DNA of 61,891 nt, filler included. It is 3 parts of 3 records of this genome, joined end to end, with 100 filler letters (N's around TTAATTAATTAA, not from the genome) between each part and the next. Parts side by side here need not be neighbours in the genome. Positions count along the whole stretch, not along the records: positions 1 to 31,069 come from SRR31156797_2156; 2 more parts are not named here. One strand, given 5' to 3'. Below, piece by piece: positions 20,578-30,756 of the stretch (position 1 is the first letter of the stretch; every line of letters starts with the position of its first letter). The position numbers and the translations under genes are program-made. A model generated the notes under the pieces. It saw only the letters and a list, made by a program, of their open reading frames with translations. It did no database searches and was not told where the DNA came from.

Positions 20578-22772
20578 GCAGGGCTTCGGTTGTTGAGCTT
20601 TTTCAGGGCAAGCTGGTCCAATGGATCCTTGTGCCTGGGTTGATCATGACCGTCATTCTGGTTTCCATTGTGGGATTGAATCAGATTAACACCATGGAAC
20701 GGGAGATCGTGCAGCTTTCAAGATCCCTGTCCCGCAATGTGGAATTTTACATTGATGGCGCCGAGGATGTGCTGCGTTCAGTGGCAATCATGAGCGGGGA
20801 AGGTGATGTTGATAGTCTTCGTAGTTATTTTAGTGGTTTGCATGATCGTTTTGGGCAGTTTGATCGTCTCCTCCTTTTGGATAAAAATGAAAATATTATA
20901 GCCGTGGCTCCATATGGAATTAAAGGTGTTGATTTCCCTATTCGGTTCAGCGGTTCGGACAAATCAAAGCGGATACTGACTTCCCCGGTAATATCACCTC
21001 ATTCAGGTAAGCTGGTGGTTTATATCAGTATACCGGTTCATGGGGGAGGCAAGCTTGTTGCCGAACTTGATCTCGGTGCTCTTCAGAAATTTATTTACGG
21101 CTTTTTGTCTTCCGACAGGATAATAATCCTTGCAGATTCTTATGGTAACCTGATTGTTCACCCTGAGCGGGAATTGGTTAAGATACAGGCTAATGTTGGA
21201 AATATGGATATTTTCAACATTAGCCTGGCCCCTGAGGATGTGGAATTCTACCGAGCGGAAAACAGGCTTTCCTTTGGCCGTGTTGTGAAAATTACGGGAA
21301 CAGGCTGGAAGCTTCTGGTCGGGTGTTCGGCCTATTACTTGTTTCAACCTGTAATTGCTCTTGGTTTGTTGATAGGTGTGCTGGTTGTTTTTTTCTTCAT
21401 GGTGTTGCTTTTTGCTTTGAAAAAGGAATTTCATGAAGGTGTAGTAACTCCACTGGTGGGGTATGTCAGAAAGCTTTCCGCCGTTGCCAAGGGGGATTAT
21501 CCAACATCAGCTTCACAGGAAAGCGGCTTTGTTGAGCTGGATGAATTGGGCAGAGTCTTTGATTCCATGGCCGAACAGGTTCGTGAGCGGGAGCATGATC
21601 TTATTGTTTCGAAAAGATATTTTCAGAGTGTTATTGATTCCATGCCTTCGGCCCTGATCTGGGTTAATGAGGATATGGATGTCTGCCAGTGTAACAGTCG
21701 TGCTTTGGAGCTGTTTAACCTGGATTCAACTGAGATTGAACCGGAAAAGGTAGAAGTCTTTTTTTCAGGTCGAGAAGGTATTGTGGATGTGATCGCTGAA
21801 GCCAAGAAGTTCAATTCACCGAAGACCATTGAACGGATCGTAATCAGGAAAGATTCAACAGAGGTGTTTGATGTTACGGCTTTTCCATTGCGTGGTTTTG
21901 AAGTCAAAGGGGTGGTGGTCAGGATTGATGATGTCACGTCCCGTGTGCGCATGGAAGAAATTATGGTTCAGACCGAAAAAATGATGTCTGTGGGCGGACT
22001 TGCAGCAGGAATGGCCCATGAAATCAACAATCCTCTGGGTGGTATAATGCAGGGGGCTCAGAATCTGGAGCGTAGGTTTGCCCCGGACATAAGGGCTAAT
22101 ATCACTGCTGCAGATGAGTCAGGATGCTCGCTTGAAGCCATGCATGAATACCTTGAGTCACGGAAGATTAATTCCATCATTAAAGGGATTAAGGATTCCG
22201 GAATGCGTGCAGCCAGAATTGTTTCCAATATGCTGGAATTCAGCAAGCCCGGGAAGGATGTAGTAACAACTGTTAATGTTCATGAGTTGATTGAAACGTC
22301 TTTGGAACTTTCCGCTAAGGATTATGATCTAAAGCGTAAATATGACTTCACACATATTAATATAGTGCGTGAGTTTTCTCCGGATGTGTCGGATATAATT
22401 TGTTCGCAGACTGAGATTGAACAGGTCTTTTTTAATCTTTTTAAAAATTCCGCACAGGCCATGAGTGAACATGGATTTTCCGGCGCAACACCGCATATTT
22501 ATGTGCGGACGCGCAGTTGTGGAGATTCTGTGGTTATTGAGATTGAAGATAACGGTCCCGGAATACAACCTGAGGTCCGGAAAAGGATTTTTGAACCGTT
22601 CTTCACCACCAAGTCTACCGGCGTGGGAACCGGTCTGGGGCTTTCGGTGTCGTATTTCATAATCACCCAGAACCATGGCGGAACTTTTACGGTTAGTTCT
22701 GCTCCCGGTCAGGGAGCTCGGTTTACCATTACCCTTCCCGTGAGAAAGGGGAGTGGTCAATTAATAAAGTAA
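20574..22772 (+). CDS. Sensor histidine kinase (Cache-HAMP-PAS-HisKA-HATPase)
   Basis: Two TM segments, HAMP-like ELDELGRVFDSM, AHEINNPL, DNGPG, GTGLGL. Confidence 0.88.
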   Translation: MSRASVVELFQGKLVQWILVPGLIMTVILVSIVGLNQINTMEREIVQLSRSLSRNVEFYIDGAEDVLRSVAIMSGEGDVDSLRSYFSGLHDRFGQFDRLLLLDKNENIIAVAPYGIKGVDFPIRFSGSDKSKRILTSPVISPHSGKLVVYISIPVHGGGKLVAELDLGALQKFIYGFLSSDRIIILADSYGNLIVHPERELVKIQANVGNMDIFNISLAPEDVEFYRAENRLSFGRVVKITGTGWKLLVGCSAYYLFQPVIALGLLIGVLVVFFFMVLLFALKKEFHEGVVTPLVGYVRKLSAVAKGDYPTSASQESGFVELDELGRVFDSMAEQVREREHDLIVSKRYFQSVIDSMPSALIWVNEDMDVCQCNSRALELFNLDSTEIEPEKVEVFFSGREGIVDVIAEAKKFNSPKTIERIVIRKDSTEVFDVTAFPLRGFEVKGVVVRIDDVTSRVRMEEIMVQTEKMMSVGGLAAGMAHEINNPLGGIMQGAQNLERRFAPDIRANITAADESGCSLEAMHEYLESRKINSIIKGIKDSGMRAARIVSNMLEFSKPGKDVVTTVNVHELIETSLELSAKDYDLKRKYDFTHINIVREFSPDVSDIICSQTEIEQVFFNLFKNSAQAMSEHGFSGATPHIYVRTRSCGDSVVIEIEDNGPGIQPEVRKRIFEPFFTTKSTGVGTGLGLSVSYFIITQNHGGTFTVSSAPGQGARFTITLPVRKGSGQLIK

Positions 22773-22905
22773 AACTAACTTTATTAAAATATATGTGTAT
22801 TTTTTCTTTGCACCAGCTATTTGCGTATGAGCTGTGGAAGGGCTTTCAGTTGATTTGTCCTCTCCAAGAAAGACTTTCTCGGCAATAAATATAGTGAGGT
22901 GCAAA

Positions 22906-23352
22906 ATGAAATTGAAATATATCATTCTTTTTATTCTGTTATTCTCTGTCGTCAGTGGGTGTTCCAGTCATGATCATCGAGATAGATTTTCTTCTTCCAG
23001 TGAACGCAAGCAGGAATTATTTACCCCGAATAAGAAGCTGTATCTGTTGAAGGAACGTCTTGAACTCAGTAATGCTCAGGTGCAGCAGATGAAGCCTGTC
23101 TTTGTAGTCGAATATAAGGCGTTGAAAGCCTTGCAGGATGAGGATCTTGATTTTAAGGAAATTGAGAAAAGAAAGTCCGACATTGAGTGGGAAGTATATA
23201 AAAAGCTGAATAAGATTTTGAATGAAAAGCAGATGTACGCCTATCTGAAATTCGTTGAGGAGCAGAAGAAGGAAACGGCTCCCTCGCCCGGAGGACGGAG
23301 TGGAAAAAAAGGTGGGTCTCGCTCCGGCGGACGTCGCGGTGGTATGTTTTAA
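22906..23352 (+). CDS. Hypothetical lipoprotein (helical, Gly/Arg-rich tail)
   Basis: GAGG RBS, ATG 22906, lipobox VSGC. Confidence 0.7.
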   Translation: MKLKYIILFILLFSVVSGCSSHDHRDRFSSSSERKQELFTPNKKLYLLKERLELSNAQVQQMKPVFVVEYKALKALQDEDLDFKEIEKRKSDIEWEVYKKLNKILNEKQMYAYLKFVEEQKKETAPSPGGRSGKKGGSRSGGRRGGMF

Positions 23353-23399
23353 CTGCTGAAAAAATACAAGCCCACGAAGTTACTTTGTGGGCTTTGCTT

Positions 23400-23621
23400 T
23401 TACATTCCTGCCTTTTTTGCGGGATTTCCCCTTTATCCATAAAAACAATTGTCGGGGAAAATGAGGTAAGCACCCGGATAGAGCTTTTTTTCAGCATCCC
23501 GGGAAGGTCATGGGTGGTCTGTGCTGCTACCCGTGAAAAAGCGGGAACTTTATCACCCGCATATACGGATTGGGTACATAAGAATGTTGCCACGAGGACT
23601 ATTGTGGCTATGAGAGAGCAT
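23400..23621 (-). pseudogene. Truncated relic of a substrate-binding/MltF-like lytic transglycosylase gene
   Basis: Signal-like LIATIVLVATFLCTQSVYA then DLPGMLKKSSIRVLTSFSPTIVFMDKG; ATG 23621 is out of frame across a CT run; similarity ends abruptly. Confidence 0.35.
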
Positions 23622-23623
23622 GT

Positions 23624-25918
23624 TTATTCAAACGGAATTCTGATAGTGAAACGGGTCCAGTTTCCGAGGCTGGAATCCACGCTCATGCTGCCGTTGTGAT
23701 GACTGGTTATTATGAAATATGAGACTGAAAGCCCCAGCCCGGTACCTTTGCCCACTTCTTTGGTTGTGTAGAAAGGTTCAAAAATTCTGGAGCGAGTTTC
23801 ATAGTCTATGCCCGGACCGTTATCTTCAATTTCAACGATGACAGATTCGCGGGTTTTACGTGTCCGGCAGGTGAAATGTGGAGAGTCCTGTTCATATTCC
23901 TTTTCCATCATCGCTTCCGCTCCATTTTTCAGGAGGTTCATGAAGACCTGTTGTATTTCAGTGCCTTCACAATAAACCGGTGGAATTTGGGACTCATATT
24001 CACGGATTATTTTTATCTGTCTGAAGTCGTAGAATTTTTCCAGATTGTAGTCGCTGGCAGATAGGTCAATGGCTTTCTCCAGAAGAGTCGTAATATCATG
24101 AAGAGAATACTCTTTTTCGCTTTGACGACTGAAGCTGAGCATGTTGGCTACAATTTTTGCTGCCCTGTTGCCTGCTGTTCGAATTCCTTCGATCATTCTG
24201 GGTATGTCTCGGTCAGTCATGTAGTCCTGAATCTGTTGTAGCTCGATACCGTGTTTTTCGGCCGTACGAAGGTTGGCTTTTGTCTGACTGAACAATCTAT
24301 TACGCATGTTTTGGCTATGACCGAGAATTCCTGCAAGAGGGTTGTTTATTTCATGGGCCATGCCTGCAGCCAGCCCGCCGATGGACATCATTTTTTCTGT
24401 CTGGACCATTAATTGTTCAGTCTTTTTGCGTTCCGTTATGTCCATATGCGTTCCAATCAGCCTGACCGGATTTCCTTGTTCATCTAATTCAGGAACTCGT
24501 CCTCGGGAGAAAATCCATTTCCAATCACCGTCTTTGGTCAGCATTCTGAATTCCAGAGAAAATAAAGAATCTCGATCAATCTCAGGAAATTTATCCAGAT
24601 AAGTGGTTACTATTTCAGAAGCCCGATTTCTGTCGTCTGGATGCATCAAATGGAGCCATGTCTCATATTCCTGAGGAAGTTCGTCTGACTCGTAGCCCAG
24701 CATTTCAAAATAGCGAGGGCTGAAGTAAACTTCATTGGTTTGTAAGTTCCAGTCCCAAAGTCCGTCACTTACAGCCCGCAAGGCCATGTCGTAGCGCTCT
24801 TCGCTGATCTTCAAGTCTCTCTGGATGCGTTCTCGTTCATCCAATTCTGCTCTTAGAGCTTCTGTGCGCTGGGCAATTTTCTTTTTAAGTGTCCGGTTTA
24901 TGGTTACAAACAGTCCTGTTACGATAAGCAAGGTCAATAAACCTAGAAATGCGTATCTTTTTGCTTCCGATGTGCTGATGCCCGGTTCATAATTAACAGA
25001 GAGCCAGGTGTTATGGATTGCCGCCACATCTTTATGCGACATGGCTTGGATTGTTTTGGATATGATGGAAGTTAGTTCCGGCCAGTCATTGCGTATTCCC
25101 ATAGACAGCTTGAGAGCATTGAATTTTGCAGGGGCCGCCACTTTCAGGTTTGAAAGTCCGTAGTGCTTGATAAAGTATACGACTACCGGAAGAGCATTGA
25201 TGGTGGCATAGGTTTCTTTCGTCGCCACATCTTTGAGTGAATCAAGTGTAGGGGTTCTTGATTTTACTATTCTAAGCTTAAGATTCGGGTATTGTTTTTC
25301 AATTTGTTTTTGCAGGATGAACCGGTCCTGAACTGAAACTGATTTGCTTTCCAGATCACTTAGTCCGCCAACGAATTGAGCGTCATCACGGGTGACAATA
25401 ACCCAGGGCAGGGTTTGGTAAGGAGCGCTAAAAGACATGAAATCCTTGCGGGCTTCGGTTTGCTGGATGGCTGGCACCATGTCGATACCGTTATGTGCGC
25501 GAATAGATTTTAATGCTTCAGGCCACGAGACTTCATTTTGGGTCACGTATTTGAATTTGATCCCATGGATTGCTGAAATTAGATCGAGGTAATCAATTGA
25601 TATTCCGGATACTTCATTATCCGTCATCATGAATGGCGGCCAGTCTCCAACTCTTACTGTGACTGTTTCATTTTGTTTGAGCCATGCAAGTTCTGAATCG
25701 CTGAGTGTTATTTTTTTCTTGATGGTTTCTGGATTGATACCGTCCATATTGGCTTTTGCTTCAATCAATGTTCCTGAAACAGTCAGCAGACTTATCAGGA
25801 AAACAGAACAGCAAAAGAGCAGGCAATTATATGTCGTTTTGAATCGATGCATCATGATGGAAAATATTTCGTGAGTTCTTTTCAATAGTGGACAGATACT
25901 ATGCTGAAATTCTAGCAT
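23624..25918 (-). CDS. Sensor histidine kinase (SBP_bac_3-PAS-HisKA-HATPase)
   Basis: LSDSELAWL/WPPF binding domain, GLWDWN...HPDD PAS, AHEINNPL; start uncertain. Confidence 0.88.
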   Translation of the reverse strand: MLEFQHSICPLLKRTHEIFSIMMHRFKTTYNCLLFCCSVFLISLLTVSGTLIEAKANMDGINPETIKKKITLSDSELAWLKQNETVTVRVGDWPPFMMTDNEVSGISIDYLDLISAIHGIKFKYVTQNEVSWPEALKSIRAHNGIDMVPAIQQTEARKDFMSFSAPYQTLPWVIVTRDDAQFVGGLSDLESKSVSVQDRFILQKQIEKQYPNLKLRIVKSRTPTLDSLKDVATKETYATINALPVVVYFIKHYGLSNLKVAAPAKFNALKLSMGIRNDWPELTSIISKTIQAMSHKDVAAIHNTWLSVNYEPGISTSEAKRYAFLGLLTLLIVTGLFVTINRTLKKKIAQRTEALRAELDERERIQRDLKISEERYDMALRAVSDGLWDWNLQTNEVYFSPRYFEMLGYESDELPQEYETWLHLMHPDDRNRASEIVTTYLDKFPEIDRDSLFSLEFRMLTKDGDWKWIFSRGRVPELDEQGNPVRLIGTHMDITERKKTEQLMVQTEKMMSIGGLAAGMAHEINNPLAGILGHSQNMRNRLFSQTKANLRTAEKHGIELQQIQDYMTDRDIPRMIEGIRTAGNRAAKIVANMLSFSRQSEKEYSLHDITTLLEKAIDLSASDYNLEKFYDFRQIKIIREYESQIPPVYCEGTEIQQVFMNLLKNGAEAMMEKEYEQDSPHFTCRTRKTRESVIVEIEDNGPGIDYETRSRIFEPFYTTKEVGKGTGLGLSVSYFIITSHHNGSMSVDSSLGNWTRFTIRIPFE

Positions 25919-26017
25919 ATAACGTGTATAAAAGGAATTCCTAATGTATTATTTATTTGTTTTGGGTGGATGGTGCCGGATTGACATGAAATTGCATGGA
26001 GACATATCATTGCATGC

Positions 26018-26311
26018 ATGATTGATAAGGCTTCAGCAATAGAAACCGTCATGCGCAAGCTCAAGAAAATTAAGGTCGGACATGGGCTTGATTTACGCAC
26101 TTATAAACGTGATCGTTCAGTGGTCATTTTGCGCAGGGGCGAAGATTTATTCTCAGTGATTGAGGACGGCTTTGGTAAGGAATATTTTACGGAAGATTTC
26201 AAGGGCTTGAAAAAGTTGCTTAAGAAGCTTTTGAAAAAGGAGTTTCCGCGTAGCAATAAGATTCGTGTTTATGATGTTTATGATGTTGATGAGGGGGATG
26301 TAAGGGCATGA
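26018..26311 (+). CDS. Small basic hypothetical protein
   Basis: 97-aa ORF with coding-like composition. Confidence 0.65.
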   Translation: MIDKASAIETVMRKLKKIKVGHGLDLRTYKRDRSVVILRRGEDLFSVIEDGFGKEYFTEDFKGLKKLLKKLLKKEFPRSNKIRVYDVYDVDEGDVRA

Positions 26312-26486
26312 ATTTAAATAGGACAGAATCAATGGGGGCAGTTGAATCTGGTCTTGCTTGGCGTTTAATAGATTTTTTGAGTTGAAAAAGACCGACATTC
26401 AAAGAGGCTCGTCGGTCTTTTTCGATTTTGGTGTTTATGGCATAGGGGAGATTACTTTCAAATGAGTGCAGAGCACATCCCGCGTC

Positions 26487-26885
26487 TTAGTTTACCCATT
26501 CCACTTTGCATTTATCTATATTTCCGGTGATTTTAAATTCCGATTTGCCTGTTCCGAGAGAAGAGTATCCCTCGCATCGCTTTTCTTTGCCGTCAGCCTT
26601 AAGGGTGGCGTGGATGTCATATATCAAGCACGCGCCACGAGAATGCTGCCACTTGGCGCCTGGGTTTATCGTAAAATTATCATTTTTACAGAATGTGGTC
26701 GCTCCGTAGCTTACTGTTCCTGTAGCATAGTACGAAGTGTAATTTTTAATATTTACGGGTGCATAATTCGGATTAGCCTCTTTTCCCTTGTCAGCAGCCA
26801 AAGCAGCACAAGCCAGTCCCAAAGTAAGACAACAGGCCAGAATAGTAGTCAGGATAAAACGTTTGTTGATGTTTTTGATCATCAT
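26487..26885 (-). CDS. Small secreted Cys-containing hypothetical protein
   Basis: AAGGAG RBS, signal peptide ending AALA, four Cys in the mature part. Confidence 0.7.
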   Translation of the reverse strand: MMIKNINKRFILTTILACCLTLGLACAALAADKGKEANPNYAPVNIKNYTSYYATGTVSYGATTFCKNDNFTINPGAKWQHSRGACLIYDIHATLKADGKEKRCEGYSSLGTGKSEFKITGNIDKCKVEWVN

Positions 26886-27199
26886 TTTTCTCCTTCGCGG
26901 AATGGGTTCTGTCCGACTTGGACGATTCAAACATGACTGGGCTATGCACCATTGATAGTCAGTCTTCTGCTATTGTTATTATAAATCATATTCTGCTCGT
27001 GATGTCCATTCAATGTACTTTTATGTTCACCTAAAGTGACGTTGGTGTTTTTTAAACGTGATCTTCTTTTGTTTGGTTACACTTTAAAGACAATACCTTT
27101 TTTCGTTTAAGAACAATGGGTTATGGCGAGCGTTTGGCCACTCTCGAAAGGTGGGGATTTTATTTTGATATAGAGGGTAAATTTCTTGATTCAAAAAAT

Positions 27200-27230
27200 A
27201 TCTTGATATAAAGAATCTTCATGTAGAGAT
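27200..27230. promoter_or_regulatory. Tandem MarR (PecS/TamR-type) operator palindromes
   Basis: ATCTTGATATAAAGA and ATCTTCATGTAGAGAT immediately upstream of the MarR gene. Confidence 0.65.
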
Positions 27231-27254
27231 AATTTAAAACGCAGGTGAGTAAAA

Positions 27255-27737
27255 ATGGATAGAATTGGTTTGATGACTGAGCAGTGGGCAAAGGAGCGAC
27301 CTGAGCTGGAAGCAGAATCAATGGAGATATATGGCAGGTTGATGCTTGTTAATAAGCTTGCCGAGAAATCCATGGGAGGATTTTTGAGATCCCATGGACT
27401 CACAAATCCTGAGTTTGATGTTTTGGCTGTGCTTCGCCGTGCAGGGGAGCCATATAAATTATCAGTAGGCGAATTGTGTGAAGCTGCATTGTTGACAAGT
27501 GGAGCTATGACTAATCGCATTGATAAATTGGTGAAGAAAAAACTGGTTGAACGGGAAATTAATGCGGATGACCGACGAGGAGTCCATGTTGTTTTAACGG
27601 CTGCTGGTTTCGAGCTGATTGACTCAATAGTTCATGAGCGTTTTGATATTACAGATAAATTTATCGGATGCCTCGCGGCTGATGATCGTAAGTCTTTGAA
27701 TAATATTTTGAAAAAATTATTAAGTTACTATGAATAG
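27255..27737 (+). CDS. MarR-family regulator, UrtR/PecS/TamR subfamily
   Basis: EQWAKERPELE...GRL N-terminal helix, EFDVLAVLRR, TSGAMTNRIDKL, DRR. Confidence 0.88.
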   Translation: MDRIGLMTEQWAKERPELEAESMEIYGRLMLVNKLAEKSMGGFLRSHGLTNPEFDVLAVLRRAGEPYKLSVGELCEAALLTSGAMTNRIDKLVKKKLVEREINADDRRGVHVVLTAAGFELIDSIVHERFDITDKFIGCLAADDRKSLNNILKKLLSYYE

Positions 27738-27759
27738 TCGCTCATAGTTGGAGTTTGTT

Positions 27760-28305
27760 ATGAATTCGATTTGTATATTTTTAGGATCAAATACTGGAAA
27801 TGATCCTATGTACATGCAGGCAGCCAGGGAAACAGGGCTGGAACTTGCTAAACGGGATCTTACGTGTGTTTATGGCGGGTCCTGTACAGGGATGATGAAT
27901 GAACTTGCTGATTCTGTATTAGCTGCCGGGGGAAAAGTTATAGGAGTGACTGTTCAGGCTTTGAAAGATAAGGAGCAGTTTCATAAGAATCTAACTGAAC
28001 TTCATGTTACGCCGACAATGCATGAAAGAAAAAGAATGATGATTGAGCTTTCTGACGGATTCATTGCTCTTCCGGGTGGGATAGGAACTTATGAGGAATT
28101 TTTTGAAGTATACACCCTTAAGCAGTTGGGTTTTCATTCCAAGCCGTGCGGTTTGTTGAACGTGAATAATTTTTATCAGCCACTTGAGCTTATGATGAGT
28201 ACAGCAGAAGGAGAGGGCTTTTTGAAAACGCCTTATGCAGAATCCGTATCTGTTTCCGCAAGTGTTCCTGAATTGTTCGATCAATTATTGAACGTTCCAG
28301 CTTAA
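27760..28305 (+). CDS. LOG family (TIGR00730) nucleotide phosphoribohydrolase
   Basis: VYGG, MHERK, PGGIGTYEE. Confidence 0.92.
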   Translation: MNSICIFLGSNTGNDPMYMQAARETGLELAKRDLTCVYGGSCTGMMNELADSVLAAGGKVIGVTVQALKDKEQFHKNLTELHVTPTMHERKRMMIELSDGFIALPGGIGTYEEFFEVYTLKQLGFHSKPCGLLNVNNFYQPLELMMSTAEGEGFLKTPYAESVSVSASVPELFDQLLNVPA

Positions 28306-28515
28306 TCCGTTGGGTCTTTTCGTACCCCAAAGCATGCAAAATATCGGGTCGCTCTCGCAAGAGGTCGGCCTTTTTTTTGCCCTGCGGTGGGTGATGAATA
28401 TGAAATCCATTTACCAAATATCCAAACTCATGGACATCTTGCAGCCGTATATTTTACATGTAGAGAGCGGAATACCTTTGCCATTAAATCATAACTATTT
28501 CTGTCAGGAGTTAAT

Positions 28516-29634
28516 ATGGGTGAACTTGTCCTTGCCGGTGCCGGTCACGCGCACATGCTGCTTCTGGAAGCCATCCCGGAGATCATTGCAGACGGCCATC
28601 GCGTTACGGTTATCGGTCCGGATGAGCGTCATTACTATTCGGGAATGGGTCCGGGTATGCTCGGAGGTGTTTACCACCCCAACGAAATCAGTTTTTCCGT
28701 GAAGTCCATGGTGGAAAGCCAAGGTGGTGTTTTCGTACTCGGCAAGGTTGCACGCATAGATCCGCACAGGCAGTTGGTCATCCTTGAAGCGGGTCAAGAA
28801 GTCCCCTATGACGTGCTTTCCTGCAATCTTGGTAGTTTCGTACCCAGCGGTCTTGCGGGCGAGGCTCGCACCGATGTTTATACCGTAAAACCTATACAAA
28901 ACCTTTTGCTGGCTCGTATGAGGATTCAGGAAATCGGTTCCGAACGCCCGGTGCGTATCGGTATATGCGGGGGCGGCCCTGCGGCACTTGAAATCGCGGG
29001 AAACGTTTGGGCGGCGGCCAAGGAGCAGTGCCGCTTCGGTGCTAAAGTCCAGATTTTTACGGGCAGTGCATTTCTGCATAACCTGCCGGATAGGGTACGC
29101 AATCTTGCGGTTAAAAGTTTGAACAAACGCGGAGTCGAGATTGTCCAAGGCAGTTACGTGGAGCGTGTGGCAACAGGCAGCATCACATTGCAAAACGGGC
29201 AACACTACGAACAAGACATCATTTTTATGGCTCTGGGTGTGAAGCCTTCTACGGTTTTTATTGCTTCGGGTATGCCCACAGGGAAGGATGGCGGTTTAGC
29301 GGTTAACCGCTATCTGCAATCCATTTCCCATCCTGAAATTTTCGGTGGAGGAGATTGTATCTGGTTTGAACCGACTCCACTGGACAAAGTGGGCGTCTAT
29401 GCCGTCCGCCAGAATCCAGTGCTTGTCTACAATGTTCGGGCGCAACTTGAGGGACGCAGTTTGAAGGCATTCGACCCGGGCGGTTCCTATCTTCTCATAT
29501 TCAATACCGGGGGCGGGAAAGGCATATTGCACAAAAACGGATTGAGCTTCGGTGGGCCGCCCGCTTTCTGGATCAAGGACTATATTGACAAGAAATTTAT
29601 TAAGCGATTTAAGGTGAAGATGAATGAGGGCTGA
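28516..29634 (+). CDS. FAD-dependent pyridine nucleotide-disulfide oxidoreductase (like the domain fused N-terminally to SelD)
   Basis: LVLAGAGHAH, YYSGMGPG, GGGPAALE, GVYAVRQ. Confidence 0.82.
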   Translation: MGELVLAGAGHAHMLLLEAIPEIIADGHRVTVIGPDERHYYSGMGPGMLGGVYHPNEISFSVKSMVESQGGVFVLGKVARIDPHRQLVILEAGQEVPYDVLSCNLGSFVPSGLAGEARTDVYTVKPIQNLLLARMRIQEIGSERPVRIGICGGGPAALEIAGNVWAAAKEQCRFGAKVQIFTGSAFLHNLPDRVRNLAVKSLNKRGVEIVQGSYVERVATGSITLQNGQHYEQDIIFMALGVKPSTVFIASGMPTGKDGGLAVNRYLQSISHPEIFGGGDCIWFEPTPLDKVGVYAVRQNPVLVYNVRAQLEGRSLKAFDPGGSYLLIFNTGGGKGILHKNGLSFGGPPAFWIKDYIDKKFIKRFKVKMNEG

Positions 29635-29703
29635 GCAGGAGTGCCCTTAAGTCATAAAAATAAGGCCGTCTTAATTCTCGGTAATCGGGGCAGGATAATT
29701 AAC

Positions 29704-30756
29704 TCAAACAGCTAGCTCTCGATAATTGTTGGGGAATGTCAGATGGTGCTGAAGTTTTACGTAACTTTTCCGGTTGGTTGTATCCTGTGTTCTGGGGGAG
29801 TTGTACAACAAGCCGTTCAGAAAAGGGCTTTTGTAGCATGGATTGGAAAATACCTTATCTAATTCTGACTGAATCATACCATAACCATCTAGCGTGAAGT
29901 GGCATAAGGTCTGATTGATCTCAGCCCACTCTGCTGTGGGTACTTCTTCATCATATGGGAAATTAACGAAATTTTTTCTTCCCATGTTTATGTAGGCTAG
30001 AGAATTCTGTGCCTTCTCAAATTTTTTATTAATTGATTTCAGATAATCATCCGACATGATTTCACACAACACATTCAGAAGATTGCTTTTTAAGCTGCCC
30101 TTAACAACATTCAATACTGTGTTGCCGGCAAGCCAGGATGCAACATCAAGACCCTCGACTTTTCCGTTTCCGCAGCCAAGCTCTTTTACTGGGTTGTGTG
30201 CGATGGGGGTAAATTCCTCTATCTCTTTTGAAAAAACTGACTGAGCATCGTATGGAATACAGTCCCGGAACTGATCACTTAATCTTCCATGTCGTTCTTT
30301 TTTTACTATTTTTAGCAGCAGGCCTTGTTCGACAAAATGAAATAGCAAAGCTGGGTCAACAACCATTTTTCCCAGATCTTCAGAGTATTGGCTACCAATA
30401 CACTCATGTACTTGTTTCTTGAACCAAAGCGGAATACTGTCATTAATACCGTAATCTTCTTTTATTAATCGAGTATTTAAGATGCAGACGTCGATGTGCC
30501 TAGGGTTTATCACAAGGTCCCCAAAATCCGTGATTTGGCAATTGTCAGCATACTTGCCAGCTAATAAAACGGTTAACTCCATTAATTTGGCATAGCTTAA
30601 GGCAATAAACGGAAAATGTTTAACATCGGAATTTTTTGATATCCCCTCTAGCTCGACTTGTCTTAACGTAATAAATTCCTCATCTAAATTCTTTGGATCT
30701 ATTGTCGAATCTAGGAAGTCATTGAATTTTATCAAATCACCAATTGTCATATCCAT
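29704..30756 (-). CDS. AT-rich hypothetical protein downstream of tRNA-Pro
   Basis: 350-aa ORF with GGAG RBS; no family recognised. Confidence 0.7.
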   Translation of the reverse strand: MDMTIGDLIKFNDFLDSTIDPKNLDEEFITLRQVELEGISKNSDVKHFPFIALSYAKLMELTVLLAGKYADNCQITDFGDLVINPRHIDVCILNTRLIKEDYGINDSIPLWFKKQVHECIGSQYSEDLGKMVVDPALLFHFVEQGLLLKIVKKERHGRLSDQFRDCIPYDAQSVFSKEIEEFTPIAHNPVKELGCGNGKVEGLDVASWLAGNTVLNVVKGSLKSNLLNVLCEIMSDDYLKSINKKFEKAQNSLAYINMGRKNFVNFPYDEEVPTAEWAEINQTLCHFTLDGYGMIQSELDKVFSNPCYKSPFLNGLLYNSPRTQDTTNRKSYVKLQHHLTFPNNYRELAV

